Shown piece after piece: positions 1-8,245 of a DNA stretch of 64,000 nucleotides (position 1 is its first letter; each line of letters begins with the position of its first letter). Where the stretch lies: positions 32,001-96,000 of the IMG/VR virus record IMGVR_UViG_3300037067_027602; one strand, given 5' to 3'. This DNA comes from a virus (lineage: Duplodnaviria > Caudoviricetes). A model generated the notes under the pieces. It saw only the letters and a program-made list of their open reading frames with translations, searched no databases and was not told where the DNA came from. Position numbers and translations under genes: made by a program.

Positions 1-1469
1 TCCTCCGGGGAGGACACGCCGTCCAGGAGGCTGTAGTGGCTGTGGCAATGGAGGTGGACGAAATCGTCGGCGGGACGGCGGTGCCCGGTCTTCTTGTGGG
101 TCAACCGCTCGACCTCGTCCTTGAAAGCTTTGGCGGACTCCGGGGCCGACCATTCAAGGCCCTTCAACGCCTCTCCGCCGCAGACATGGATCCTTTTTCC
201 AAGCGGAAGCCTGCCCAAGGAAAAGGAGACCAGATGTTTCAGTTCGTTCGGGGACCTGGGGGCGCATGATTGGTCATGGGTGTTCACCATGGCGCAATTG
301 CGGGGCTGCAGCGGTATGACGACATGGGGTTTGGATCCAACCAGGAAGAACTCGTCCCAATTCTGCTCCATGATATGCGTGGTCGCCTCATCAGGCGTCT
401 CCCATTTTTTTACGAGCCTGGCGGCCGCCTTCGCCAGGACGACGCTAGGCCACATCTCCCCCTCCGCCATGGGGATTCCTCGGGACACGTTCAACGCGAG
501 CTCGCCGCCGGAGGCCATGGCTTTGGCCATGGCCCCTATCGACGGCGGGCCGGTTTCCGGTGACATCTCTTTCGGGGACGCTTTTCTGGCGGGGCAGCGA
601 AGGAGGGAGGTTGCGGTCGGGACGACCGAGAGGTCCGTCCATTCCGAAAAAGCTATGGACCACGGCAATTTGGCTTTCCCTAGCACATAATGGGAGAAAT
701 TGTCGGCGAACGCTTGGTATCCCTTGAAGAACCCCTCTTTGTCCTCTCCCGGCTCCGCCCTGGCCACCATCAGGCTGGCGATCTTCTGGGAGGACATCCA
801 ATCCAAGTTAGGATCATTGCCGATGTTCACCGGGGCTACGCCGAACTTGCCCTTGGCCCTGCCCGGCTCATCCCCGCAAATCCATCCCACCAAAGGGGCG
901 GGAGCTTTGATGGCCTCCCCGGGGACCATGTGCATGGCCTTGAAGCCGAAATCGCCGGCCGCCTCCTCGAACCCCCTCTCCCAGTCGCACATGGCGTCCT
1001 CCGGGGGCATGACGAAAATTGAGAGGCTTGGGATCTCGGGCGGCATGAACGCCACCCCGCGGAGGGCGTCGTCGCATTTCCCCTGGTCGCATAGAAGGCA
1101 GGCGGCGTAGGCCGGGGATGCGGGCATGGAGTCAACCTTGCCGGATACCTCCATGCGGGATTCCTGCCTCTCCTTGTCGAACCCCTTCTCCCGGGACTTC
1201 AACAAATCCCCCATCGAGACGAAAAACGCCCTTCTGGAATTCTTGGACATGTTGACGGCGACGTCCGTGGGCAGTAGGTCATCCCTTGTCAGGAACGCCC
1301 CGTCCTTCATGCTGGCGACGATATGGCTCTTCTCCTCCTTGAACGCCGTGGCGAAGAACCTGCGTCCGTTCGGCAATTTGAAACAACCGTCCTGCAACGT
1401 CAGCGACCCTGGCTTCAATCTACCGAAGTACAAAGACAACGCGGCCACGTGGCCATTTATCTGCGCCAT
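1..1469 (-). CDS. dnaE: DNA polymerase III alpha subunit (DnaE), 5' part only, with ~470-aa N-terminal extension; runs off the window start
   Basis: Not in the ORF track because it has no stop in the window. Manual translation from ATG 1469 (GGGGAG RBS) stays open to position 1 and ends ...DDFVHLHCHSHYSLLDGVSSPE, the canonical DnaE PHP-domain start motif. Confidence 0.88.
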   Translation of the reverse strand, partial: MAQINGHVAALSLYFGRLKPGSLTLQDGCFKLPNGRRFFATAFKEEKSHIVASMKDGAFLTRDDLLPTDVAVNMSKNSRRAFFVSMGDLLKSREKGFDKERQESRMEVSGKVDSMPASPAYAACLLCDQGKCDDALRGVAFMPPEIPSLSIFVMPPEDAMCDWERGFEEAAGDFGFKAMHMVPGEAIKAPAPLVGWICGDEPGRAKGKFGVAPVNIGNDPNLDWMSSQKIASLMVARAEPGEDKEGFFKGYQAFADNFSHYVLGKAKLPWSIAFSEWTDLSVVPTATSLLRCPARKASPKEMSPETGPPSIGAMAKAMASGGELALNVSRGIPMAEGEMWPSVVLAKAAARLVKKWETPDEATTHIMEQNWDEFFLVGSKPHVVIPLQPRNCAMVNTHDQSCAPRSPNELKHLVSFSLGRLPLGKRIHVCGGEALKGLEWSAPESAKAFKDEVERLTHKKTGHRRPADDFVHLHCHSHYSLLDGVSSPE

Positions 1470-1488
1470 GGCTGGCTCCCCTATAAAA

Positions 1489-1557
1489 GTTTCTGGTTAC
1501 CGGAAAATATAGCGCCGCCAAACGACGGCGCAAGTCATCAAAGAAAAATATTTTTTT
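1489..1557 (-). promoter_or_regulatory. Putative sigma70-type promoter P1 for dnaE, with leader motif AACCAGAAAC
   Basis: TTGCGC (1533-1528), 16 nt, TATATT (1511-1506), with an A/T tract upstream. An inverted repeat GCGCCGTC/GGCGGCGC spans the spacer and could also act as a terminator for the upstream gene. Confidence 0.55.
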
Positions 1558-1561
1558 AGCG

Positions 1562-2320
1562 CTAGAAAAGCTGCGGGTCGTCCAGGTGAGCCTCGCACTC
1601 GGCGAACACGGACGCCTCGGTGCAATGATGATGCTGGACGGTGCGGCCATGGACGAGGTTCTGCCGGCTCTGCCTCATCCTCCGCCCCCGCACCCGGCGG
1701 TCGACGCAGAAACATTTGTCCGCCATGGCCCAATGGACCCCGTCCCACTGGAACATCGCCGGGGTGCCCGAGTCCACCGACACCGCATGGTTGCCGAGGC
1801 CGAACCTCGGGTTGGCGGCGCGGCGTACGATCATCGGCTTGTTGTACATGCCGTTGATCCCCTTGGTCCGGTTCGGGTCGCCGTGCCGCCGTTGCGTGAC
1901 GGCCTCCAGCCCCGGGTCGAGGTCGGCGTCCAGGCGGTGCCGGAAAGACTGCCACATGGCGGCCCTGACGACGCTGTGCCCCGGGGAGACGGACTCCAGC
2001 TCCGCCCTGGGGTCGGACATGGCTCCGTCCCTGCGCGGGAAAACGAGTTCGTCGACGTCGGCGGAGATAATCCAGTCGCAGTCCAAGGACAGGCACTTCT
2101 CGTTGATGGCTTTCGTCTTCAAGTCGTCGTCCATCATGTCGGGGAATTTGAACTCCATCACCTCGACGTTCGGAAACCTGGAGCATATCTCCTCCGTGCG
2201 GTCGGTAGTGTCGGAGTCCAACATCACGTTGATGCGGTCGACCCAGCGGTAATGCCCAAGAAAAAACGGTGAGAGGAACTCCTCGTCGAACGCCATACAA
2301 ACAATTTCAACTCTCATCAT
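1562..2320 (-). CDS. Glycosyltransferase family 2-like (GT-A fold)
   Basis: EEFLSPFFLGHY...LDSDTTDRT...DWIISADVDE (DxD motif) and KPMI, typical of Glyco_tranf_2_4-like proteins. Confidence 0.8.
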   Translation of the reverse strand: MMRVEIVCMAFDEEFLSPFFLGHYRWVDRINVMLDSDTTDRTEEICSRFPNVEVMEFKFPDMMDDDLKTKAINEKCLSLDCDWIISADVDELVFPRRDGAMSDPRAELESVSPGHSVVRAAMWQSFRHRLDADLDPGLEAVTQRRHGDPNRTKGINGMYNKPMIVRRAANPRFGLGNHAVSVDSGTPAMFQWDGVHWAMADKCFCVDRRVRGRRMRQSRQNLVHGRTVQHHHCTEASVFAECEAHLDDPQLF

Positions 2321-2862
2321 GCCCTCCTCTTTATCCAGCTTGTGTCCCGAAAAACCTTGTCCGGCGTCCCCAGCATCCGCTCGATAGCCGCCTTCACCCC
2401 GGGGTAGGAGGCGTTGCCGTAGTCATGCCCGCCGATGAACCCTCCCGGGGCGACTTTCGGCATGTAGAGCCGCAGCTCCTCGAGCAGGTGTTCCTCGGTG
2501 TGCTGGCTGTCGATGTAGACCAGATTGAAAGCCCCGTCAGGAAGAGTTTCACTGGCGCGCCTAGAATCATCCTTGATCTTCCTCACCATGCCGGGGAATT
2601 TCGACATCCTGATGTCGAACTCCAACTCGACGCTTTCCATGGGGGCGGCCCGGGTGTGGACGTCGAACATGTCCAGCCTGTCCATCCAGGCGTCGACGGC
2701 CACGAGCAAGGAGACGTTGCCGGAGGAGAGGAAGATCTCGGCGCTCTCGCCTGCGTACGACCCCACCTCCAGCACCTTCGAGCCGGGGCGGAGCGACGCC
2801 GCCAGCTCCTTCAACCCTTGTTCCCAAAAGCTGCCGGGCGGGCGCATGACATGCGGGGTCAA
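2317..2862 (-). CDS. Class I SAM-dependent methyltransferase (Methyltransf_24-like)
   Basis: VLEVGSYAGES, VDAW, VYIDSQH and GGFIGGHDY motifs. Start is probably TTG 2862 (overlapping the upstream stop) or ATG 2847. Confidence 0.85.
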   Translation of the reverse strand: MTPHVMRPPGSFWEQGLKELAASLRPGSKVLEVGSYAGESAEIFLSSGNVSLLVAVDAWMDRLDMFDVHTRAAPMESVELEFDIRMSKFPGMVRKIKDDSRRASETLPDGAFNLVYIDSQHTEEHLLEELRLYMPKVAPGGFIGGHDYGNASYPGVKAAIERMLGTPDKVFRDTSWIKRRA

Positions 2863-3422
2863 GGCGTCACCCGTGACAGCGTGGTCAGGCCGTTGTTGTT
2901 CGTCCGCACGTCGCTCTTGGTCCACTCGGGATGGTTGCGGAGGAAGGCGTCGACGGCGCCGTTCAAGCCGGGCGACCGCCCGTCCTCGCCCCGTTCCCCG
3001 AAGGACACTGTGTCATGGAGCACAATCTTCTTGGCGACTTTAGCGGCGTGGCGCTCCAGCTCCGCCAGCAGCTGCCCGTAGGTGTGCAGCGTGTCGATGA
3101 AAAGCAGGTCTGTGGGCTCGATGACGGCCTCCAACGTGGACTCTTTGTGGAAAATCCACTTCTTCCCCTCGGCCTTCGCCGCCTCCGCCACCTGGGCGAA
3201 GCGCGGCTTGTTGTCGGCGATGTCGTAGCTCCTCACGTCGCCGCAGCCAAGCAGCAGCGGCACGGTGGAGACCGACGACCTCACCCCAAACTCGGTGGCG
3301 TTGCCGCATTCCCCCGCGAGCTCCCGCAACCGCAGGAGATGCTCGTAGATGTCGCCGTTGATGACGCCCTCCCTGTCCAGTGGCCTGGAACATATCCTGG
3401 TGTACTCCTCTTCCAGATTCAT
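2859..3422 (-). CDS. Class I SAM-dependent methyltransferase (Methyltransf_24-like)
   Basis: DIYEHL...EFGVRSSVST...DLLFIDTLHTYGQL...IVLHDT...NNNGLT; GGAGG RBS before ATG 3422. Confidence 0.85.
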   Translation of the reverse strand: MNLEEEYTRICSRPLDREGVINGDIYEHLLRLRELAGECGNATEFGVRSSVSTVPLLLGCGDVRSYDIADNKPRFAQVAEAAKAEGKKWIFHKESTLEAVIEPTDLLFIDTLHTYGQLLAELERHAAKVAKKIVLHDTVSFGERGEDGRSPGLNGAVDAFLRNHPEWTKSDVRTNNNGLTTLSRVTP

Positions 3423-3424
3423 GA

Positions 3425-4306
3425 TCAATTCCTCCCGAAAATTGTTGAACCGCGCCCTTCGCAGTTCTTCCCGTCCTCTTGCCTGTCCCCCCGGTAATTT
3501 CCCGGATACCAAGACTTGGCGTTCTCCTCAATCCTCTCCCTGGTCAACGTCCCGTCGAAGACCTCGACATCGTCAATCCCGGGCAGCCCTTTTTCCCTGA
3601 ACTCCTTGAGGAGCCCCGGGGAGAACTTCTCCCTTCTCTGCTCCAGCTTCTCCCTGGGGATGGGGACGGGCATGCCGCACTTCCCGCACCAGCGGTCCAC
3701 CTGGTCCTTGAACTGGTCGGGCGTCCTTTTCCACCAGCCCGGCTCGACCGGGAACCCGCCGGGGCCGTCGAAGATGGTGTCCAGCGCGTAGGCCACCTCG
3801 CAGAAAAACCCGCCTTTGTCGCCGATGGTGGGGCACCATGTCCTCTGGACCCAGCAGTCGTCGATCAGCCGCTTTTTCAACTCAGCGTCCTGGACGACGT
3901 CATTGATGGCGACGGTGATCGGCTGGTGCCGGCAGACTTTCCGCTGCTCGGCGTCGTGGGGGTTGTGGGCGACCATCCCGAACGTCGAGTCTATGAGCCC
4001 CTTGATGGAGTCGAACCGTTTCCCTCCGATGGTCCACAGCCCCATCCGTTGCCTGGGGTATTTGGACTTGATCAGGGTACACACCTCCTCGAACTCCGGA
4101 TGAAGCATGGGCTCCCCGCCAATGATCCCGATCCTTCCCGGGAAATCCTTCAGGGAATCCAAGGCCAGGGAAATCTTCTCCAGGGACATATGGAAACGCT
4201 GGTCGGGGCGGATGTGCCGGCTATGCCGGGAACAATACAGACAATTCATGTTGCAATGGTTGGTCACTTCAATGTGGCAGAACCAGGCTTCCGATATCGC
4301 TTTCAA
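3425..4306 (-). CDS. Radical SAM protein with additional C-terminal Cys
   Basis: CNMNCLYC (CxxxCxxC) and GGEPMLHP; further Cys in CWVQRTWC, FFCE and CGKCG. Likely TTG start at 4306 coupled to the upstream TGA, with a GGAG RBS. Confidence 0.88.
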   Translation of the reverse strand: MKAISEAWFCHIEVTNHCNMNCLYCSRHSRHIRPDQRFHMSLEKISLALDSLKDFPGRIGIIGGEPMLHPEFEEVCTLIKSKYPRQRMGLWTIGGKRFDSIKGLIDSTFGMVAHNPHDAEQRKVCRHQPITVAINDVVQDAELKKRLIDDCWVQRTWCPTIGDKGGFFCEVAYALDTIFDGPGGFPVEPGWWKRTPDQFKDQVDRWCGKCGMPVPIPREKLEQRREKFSPGLLKEFREKGLPGIDDVEVFDGTLTRERIEENAKSWYPGNYRGDRQEDGKNCEGRGSTIFGRN

Positions 4307-5127
4307 AATTTGGTCTCCATGGTTTTCCCCGCCTCCGCGATCCAGTCGATCCCGGGGGCGAGCATGTTGTTGACTACGTGGGTGGACAGGGACGGGGAGG
4401 GGCTCCACAAAGGGTATGCCCTTTCGTCGGACATGCCGAAACTCCGGTGCTTCCATGCCTGCCGGTAGTATGGATCCGGATCGTCCGGCCTGGAGTTGCG
4501 GGGTTTCGTCAAAGACAGCCACATCGAACAGTCGTGGTTGCCCTCGCTATAGCTCATCATCCTGTGCTTGCCTTGGCGGAAAGCTCTCGACGTGGCCATG
4601 AAAGTCAAGCAGGTCGAGGCCCGCTCCCGCCATATCCTACCATGGCGACCAAGGGGTTGCCTCAAGTTCGACTGGGTGAGCGGATTGTGCTGAGCGCTGC
4701 CATTGCTGTAGTCAGGATGGTCATACAGCGTGACGAACCCTTCCTCCATGGTGGTCCGCAAAAACTCCTCCGCCTCCTCCATCGCCCCCGGAAGATAGAG
4801 ATAGTCGTCCTCGGCCACGCATACCATCCCCTTCCAGCCATCCGGCACGGAATCTAGCTGGCGCCGGAACGTCGGGAGGTTCCCTATGCCGGGAGTCCTG
4901 ACGATCTCTAGGCCGACGTTGGAGCCGGAGAAGACTTCGTTGAAAATCTCTATGTAACCATCCGGGCAACCGTCCAGCATGACCTGCATGCTCGCCTTCA
5001 AGGAGCCAAGCCCGATCCGGAACGACTTGGCGCAAAGCCTGACAAGCCCTTCCTTGTCGCCGTCGAACACCGGCCTGTTGCCGGAGCTTTTGGGGCAAAC
5101 CCTGTATGTGATGAACAAATCCTTCAT
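4303..5127 (-). CDS. Glycosyltransferase, GT-A/GT2-like
   Basis: GIGNLPTF...VAEDDYLY...FVTLYDHPDY...STCLTF pattern; CAGGAG RBS before ATG 5127. Confidence 0.7.
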   Translation of the reverse strand: MKDLFITYRVCPKSSGNRPVFDGDKEGLVRLCAKSFRIGLGSLKASMQVMLDGCPDGYIEIFNEVFSGSNVGLEIVRTPGIGNLPTFRRQLDSVPDGWKGMVCVAEDDYLYLPGAMEEAEEFLRTTMEEGFVTLYDHPDYSNGSAQHNPLTQSNLRQPLGRHGRIWRERASTCLTFMATSRAFRQGKHRMMSYSEGNHDCSMWLSLTKPRNSRPDDPDPYYRQAWKHRSFGMSDERAYPLWSPSPSLSTHVVNNMLAPGIDWIAEAGKTMETKF

Positions 5128-5138
5128 GAGGTTCTCCT

Positions 5139-5181
5139 GAAAAAGAGGCCGCCCCGGGATTTTGGGGATCCAGGGGCGGCC
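5139..5181 (-). terminator. Intrinsic terminator-like hairpin
   Basis: GGCCGCCCC-T-GGAT/ATCC-C-GGGGCGGCC stem followed by TCTTTTTC. Confidence 0.6.
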
Positions 5182-5228
5182 AAACCAGAAACAGGAGGGC
5201 GGTGTCTGGGGAACAAATCCGCTCACTG
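5139..5228 (-). ncRNA. Candidate ~90-nt small RNA or structured 5' leader
   Basis: Lies between a near-consensus promoter and a GC-rich hairpin with U-tract. Contains CCUCCUGUUUCUGGUU, complementary to the leaders of three replication genes. Confidence 0.5.
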
Positions 5229-5233
5229 ACCTG

Positions 5234-5262
5234 AATCTACAACCACCCCCCGCGATTGTCAA
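5234..5262 (-). promoter_or_regulatory. sigma70-type promoter
   Basis: TTGACA (5262-5257), 17 nt, TAGATT (5239-5234). Confidence 0.7.
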
Positions 5263-5269
5263 GCAAAAA

Positions 5270-6418
5270 TCAGACGGAAAGCAAAAAATCCCTCATTTTG
5301 ACGCAAGCCATGTCCCAGGTCCAGAGGCTCTCCATGGAGATCCTCGCCCTCTTGCCACGTTCCCTGGCGGCCGCCGGGTTGGCCCTCGCCTCCAGCATGG
5401 TCTCCACCAGGTGGTCGAAGCTGGGCTCGGCCCACTTCTGGCCATGGTACAGGGGGAGGTTGGGGGCGTTGGCCGGCCTGATGTCGACCAGCTTGTAGTC
5501 GAGGAGCCAGGAGTTGTCCTTGGTCATGTACTCCGTGTTGCCGCCCCAGTCCGTTGCGACCACGGGGACCCCGGCGGCCATGGCCTCGGAGGCGCACAGG
5601 TTCCAGCCCTCGCAGTGCGACGGGGCGAGGAGGCAGTCCAGCGACGTGTAGAACGACGGCATGTCCTCGCCGGGCAGCACGGAGCTCACCATGTACACCG
5701 GAGCGGTCTCCGCCCTGGATTTCCCGGTCTCCCGCCGGCACATCTCGACGGCGCGGGCGAGGGTCTCCGCCCCGCCCTTCTCGCCCCTAGCCCCGGCCTT
5801 GAGGATCAGGGCGACCCCGTCGTTTTTGCCGAAGGCCGTGAAATATGCCCTCAACGCCTCGAGCGGGCATTTGCGCTCGTTCCAGTCGATGTTCATTCCG
5901 AAGGAGAACACGCCATCCCTCTTCTGGAACATGGGCTCGACGCCGGGGTTGAACCTGGCGCAGTCCACCCCGTGCGGGACGACATGGACGTTCCTGGCGC
6001 CGGCCGCGGTGAACGTGCCCCTGTTGAACTCCGAGAAGACGACGACATGGTCCATCGCCCGAAGGGGGAGGAGCCATTGCTTCGGGACGCCGTCGGTCTC
6101 CCAGGTGGTGACGGCGACATGGACGTCCGCCAGGGGGTCTATCCCCCAAAGCTCGGCGGTGAGGTTGTAGGCCAGGATCTTCCTGGCCCCCTCCACGTCG
6201 GGGCGGACCTTCGAGAGGCGGTTGACGTCTTTCGCCACCTGGCCGATGCCCGCCGGCTCCTTCCAGAAGGAGAGCGGGGTCAGCCGGACGTCCACTCCGA
6301 GCTTGTCCAGGCCGATGACGTAGTTTCTGGTCGCCTCCCCGTAGCCGGAGGGGTCCAGGGCGGAGCCCGCCCAGCGGACCTGGATGGGCGGTCGGACGGT
6401 TTTGTCGATGTCTGGCAT
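5270..6418 (-). CDS. Glycosyltransferase family 4 (GT-B fold)
   Basis: SGYGEATR, TTWETD, VVPHGVD, ERKC and EGWNLCASEAMAAGVPVVATDWGG (Ex7E motif). Confidence 0.9.
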   Translation of the reverse strand: MPDIDKTVRPPIQVRWAGSALDPSGYGEATRNYVIGLDKLGVDVRLTPLSFWKEPAGIGQVAKDVNRLSKVRPDVEGARKILAYNLTAELWGIDPLADVHVAVTTWETDGVPKQWLLPLRAMDHVVVFSEFNRGTFTAAGARNVHVVPHGVDCARFNPGVEPMFQKRDGVFSFGMNIDWNERKCPLEALRAYFTAFGKNDGVALILKAGARGEKGGAETLARAVEMCRRETGKSRAETAPVYMVSSVLPGEDMPSFYTSLDCLLAPSHCEGWNLCASEAMAAGVPVVATDWGGNTEYMTKDNSWLLDYKLVDIRPANAPNLPLYHGQKWAEPSFDHLVETMLEARANPAAARERGKRARISMESLWTWDMACVKMRDFLLSV

Positions 6419-6422
6419 GTTT

Positions 6423-8228
6423 TCAAATCTCCAAAAGGGTTGGTTTCGGGGAGGGGAGCGAGGAGTCGTGCCCCAGCGTCATGTCGAACAGTTTCATCCA
6501 GGCGTCGAGGAACGGCCCCCAGGCGTATTCCTTGGCCCTCTCCAGCCCGAGCCCGGAGAGCCGGGAGCGCAGCCTCGAGCCCGTCTCCAGGGCGGACTCG
6601 TCCCAGCCTGGCGAGGTCTCGTCCAAATAGCGGCGCCATTTCTTGACGAACCCGTCCTTGTCCTCCATGTACATCTTGTCGAGGCGCATGGCGAAATCCA
6701 GCTCGTCCACCAGGGCCCGCTGGGCGTTGATCCGGGGTTCAGTCATGAAATGCGCCACGCGGATCAGCTCGGCGCAATCGGCGCAGAAGTCCAGATGGGC
6801 GCTGTAGTTCGTGATGAGCATCGGGGCGCCGCAGGCCATCGCCTCGAGGGCAGGGAGACAATTGTGGACGGCTACTCCGGATACCGTGTAAGAGTTGTCA
6901 TCCTCCACCTCAAGGTTGTAAATATCCCCCTCGTATACACGGGAAGATTTGGCCGACACGATTCCCGGAGTAACGAAAGAGGGGCGGAACAGGCCATTCC
7001 CCACCTCCACGGAAGAAGCTTCCCTCCAGTCGAACCCCTCATCCCCAGGGTGGGAATACAGAAGATGTTTTGGGGTACATTCCAAAACGCCGTCATCAAA
7101 ACTAAGGACGGACAGTTCCCCGCAGTATCTTCTAGAGAAAGTTTCTGTCACTTTTTTTAGCCGACCGACATGTGTGACCACTTCTTCGCCGATGGTGACA
7201 TCCTCAATAGGCTTCTTTCCATCCTTGCATTCCACCATGCTTCCTGGAGGAAAACAGAATCCCTCCCCGGTGGTCGGCAACGCCCAAACGTCGAAAGACC
7301 CGATGATCCTCCCGAGGGTCTCGACGTCCACCCCCATGCCGACCTTCATGCCGCGCGGGAACACCAGCTTGTCGACCACGCCCTCCCTTCCCGCCAGCTC
7401 CACGAGATCCCATCCGATGTCGTCGGTGGCGGCGTGGATATAGAGGACTGTGTCCTCCTTGGCCGGGAAGCGGTGAAAGCCGGACAACCCGCCGCAGGCG
7501 CACTTGGCCGGCTCCTGCCCGAAGGCGATGGAACCGCAGTCCATGCAGGTGGAGCAGGCGGATGAGAACATGGAGAACGCCCGGATCAAGGCCGGGAGGT
7601 TCTTCCGCGGCTGGTTCCTCGCCACGGTGCCGACGATGAACTTGTCTCCGTTGGGGCAGATGGTGGCCCTGGTCCCAACCCTCTCGTCCGGGGACGGAGG
7701 TTTGAACACCGACAGGTCGACGCCGTGCGGGATCGCGGCCAGACGGCCCTTGTTCACGTTCGGGAAAGCCTTGGCGATCTCCTCCACGCCGTACTTGCCG
7801 TAGAGCACCAGCTGGTCGGCGGCCTGGAACACGTCCGCCCAGCGGCTGTAGATGGGGCCGGAGTCGATCGGGATGTAGAGGACCAGCTTGAACCTGTTCC
7901 TGAACTGCGACTTTGTGGCGGCGGTGACCATCCAGGCGTCGCCCACGGCGAGGACCAGGTCGGGCCGGAAACGCGAGCACACCTCGTCGAAGGTGACGTG
8001 GGCGTACTTGTCCTTCTCCCTCTCCTCCCCGTTGCCGTGCTTCGTCCGGCGGATGCCGTAAGGGACGGCCTCCCCGGAACCGTTGTCGAACCAGCCTATG
8101 ACCGCCAGCTCGTGTTTCCCCGACCCGGCGATCCTGTCGCAGATCTTCCGGATCACCGTGGCGAACCCCGTGTGGATGCGGGGACTGTCTCCCATAACTA
8201 GAATTCTCGGTTTCCTCGCCCAGGACAT
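6423..8228 (-). CDS. Glycosyltransferase family 4 (GT-B) containing a mini-intein and a Cys-rich zinc-ribbon insert
   Basis: DSPRIHTGFA, IPHGVD and VARNQPRKN; the GEGF|CLPALEAMACG motif is split by the intein; CSTCMDC...CAC insert. Confidence 0.9.
   Translation of the reverse strand: MSWARKPRILVMGDSPRIHTGFATVIRKICDRIAGSGKHELAVIGWFDNGSGEAVPYGIRRTKHGNGEEREKDKYAHVTFDEVCSRFRPDLVLAVGDAWMVTAATKSQFRNRFKLVLYIPIDSGPIYSRWADVFQAADQLVLYGKYGVEEIAKAFPNVNKGRLAAIPHGVDLSVFKPPSPDERVGTRATICPNGDKFIVGTVARNQPRKNLPALIRAFSMFSSACSTCMDCGSIAFGQEPAKCACGGLSGFHRFPAKEDTVLYIHAATDDIGWDLVELAGREGVVDKLVFPRGMKVGMGVDVETLGRIIGSFDVWALPTTGEGFCFPPGSMVECKDGKKPIEDVTIGEEVVTHVGRLKKVTETFSRRYCGELSVLSFDDGVLECTPKHLLYSHPGDEGFDWREASSVEVGNGLFRPSFVTPGIVSAKSSRVYEGDIYNLEVEDDNSYTVSGVAVHNCLPALEAMACGAPMLITNYSAHLDFCADCAELIRVAHFMTEPRINAQRALVDELDFAMRLDKMYMEDKDGFVKKWRRYLDETSPGWDESALETGSRLRSRLSGLGLERAKEYAWGPFLDAWMKLFDMTLGHDSSLPSPKPTLLEI
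6861..7256 (-). mobile_element. Mini-intein (132 aa, no homing endonuclease)
   Basis: Starts CFPPGSMV, block B CTPKHLL, block F/G IYNLEVEDDNSYTVSGVAVHN followed by Cys+1; visibly lower GC than the flanks. Confidence 0.93.
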
Positions 8229-8245
8229 GTTTTCCCCCTGCCTTT

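Noticed and set aside
5113-5220. 10-nt direct repeat GAACAAATCC at 5113 and 5211
   Set aside because: It is short, one copy is coding, and no mechanism can be supported; it may be chance.
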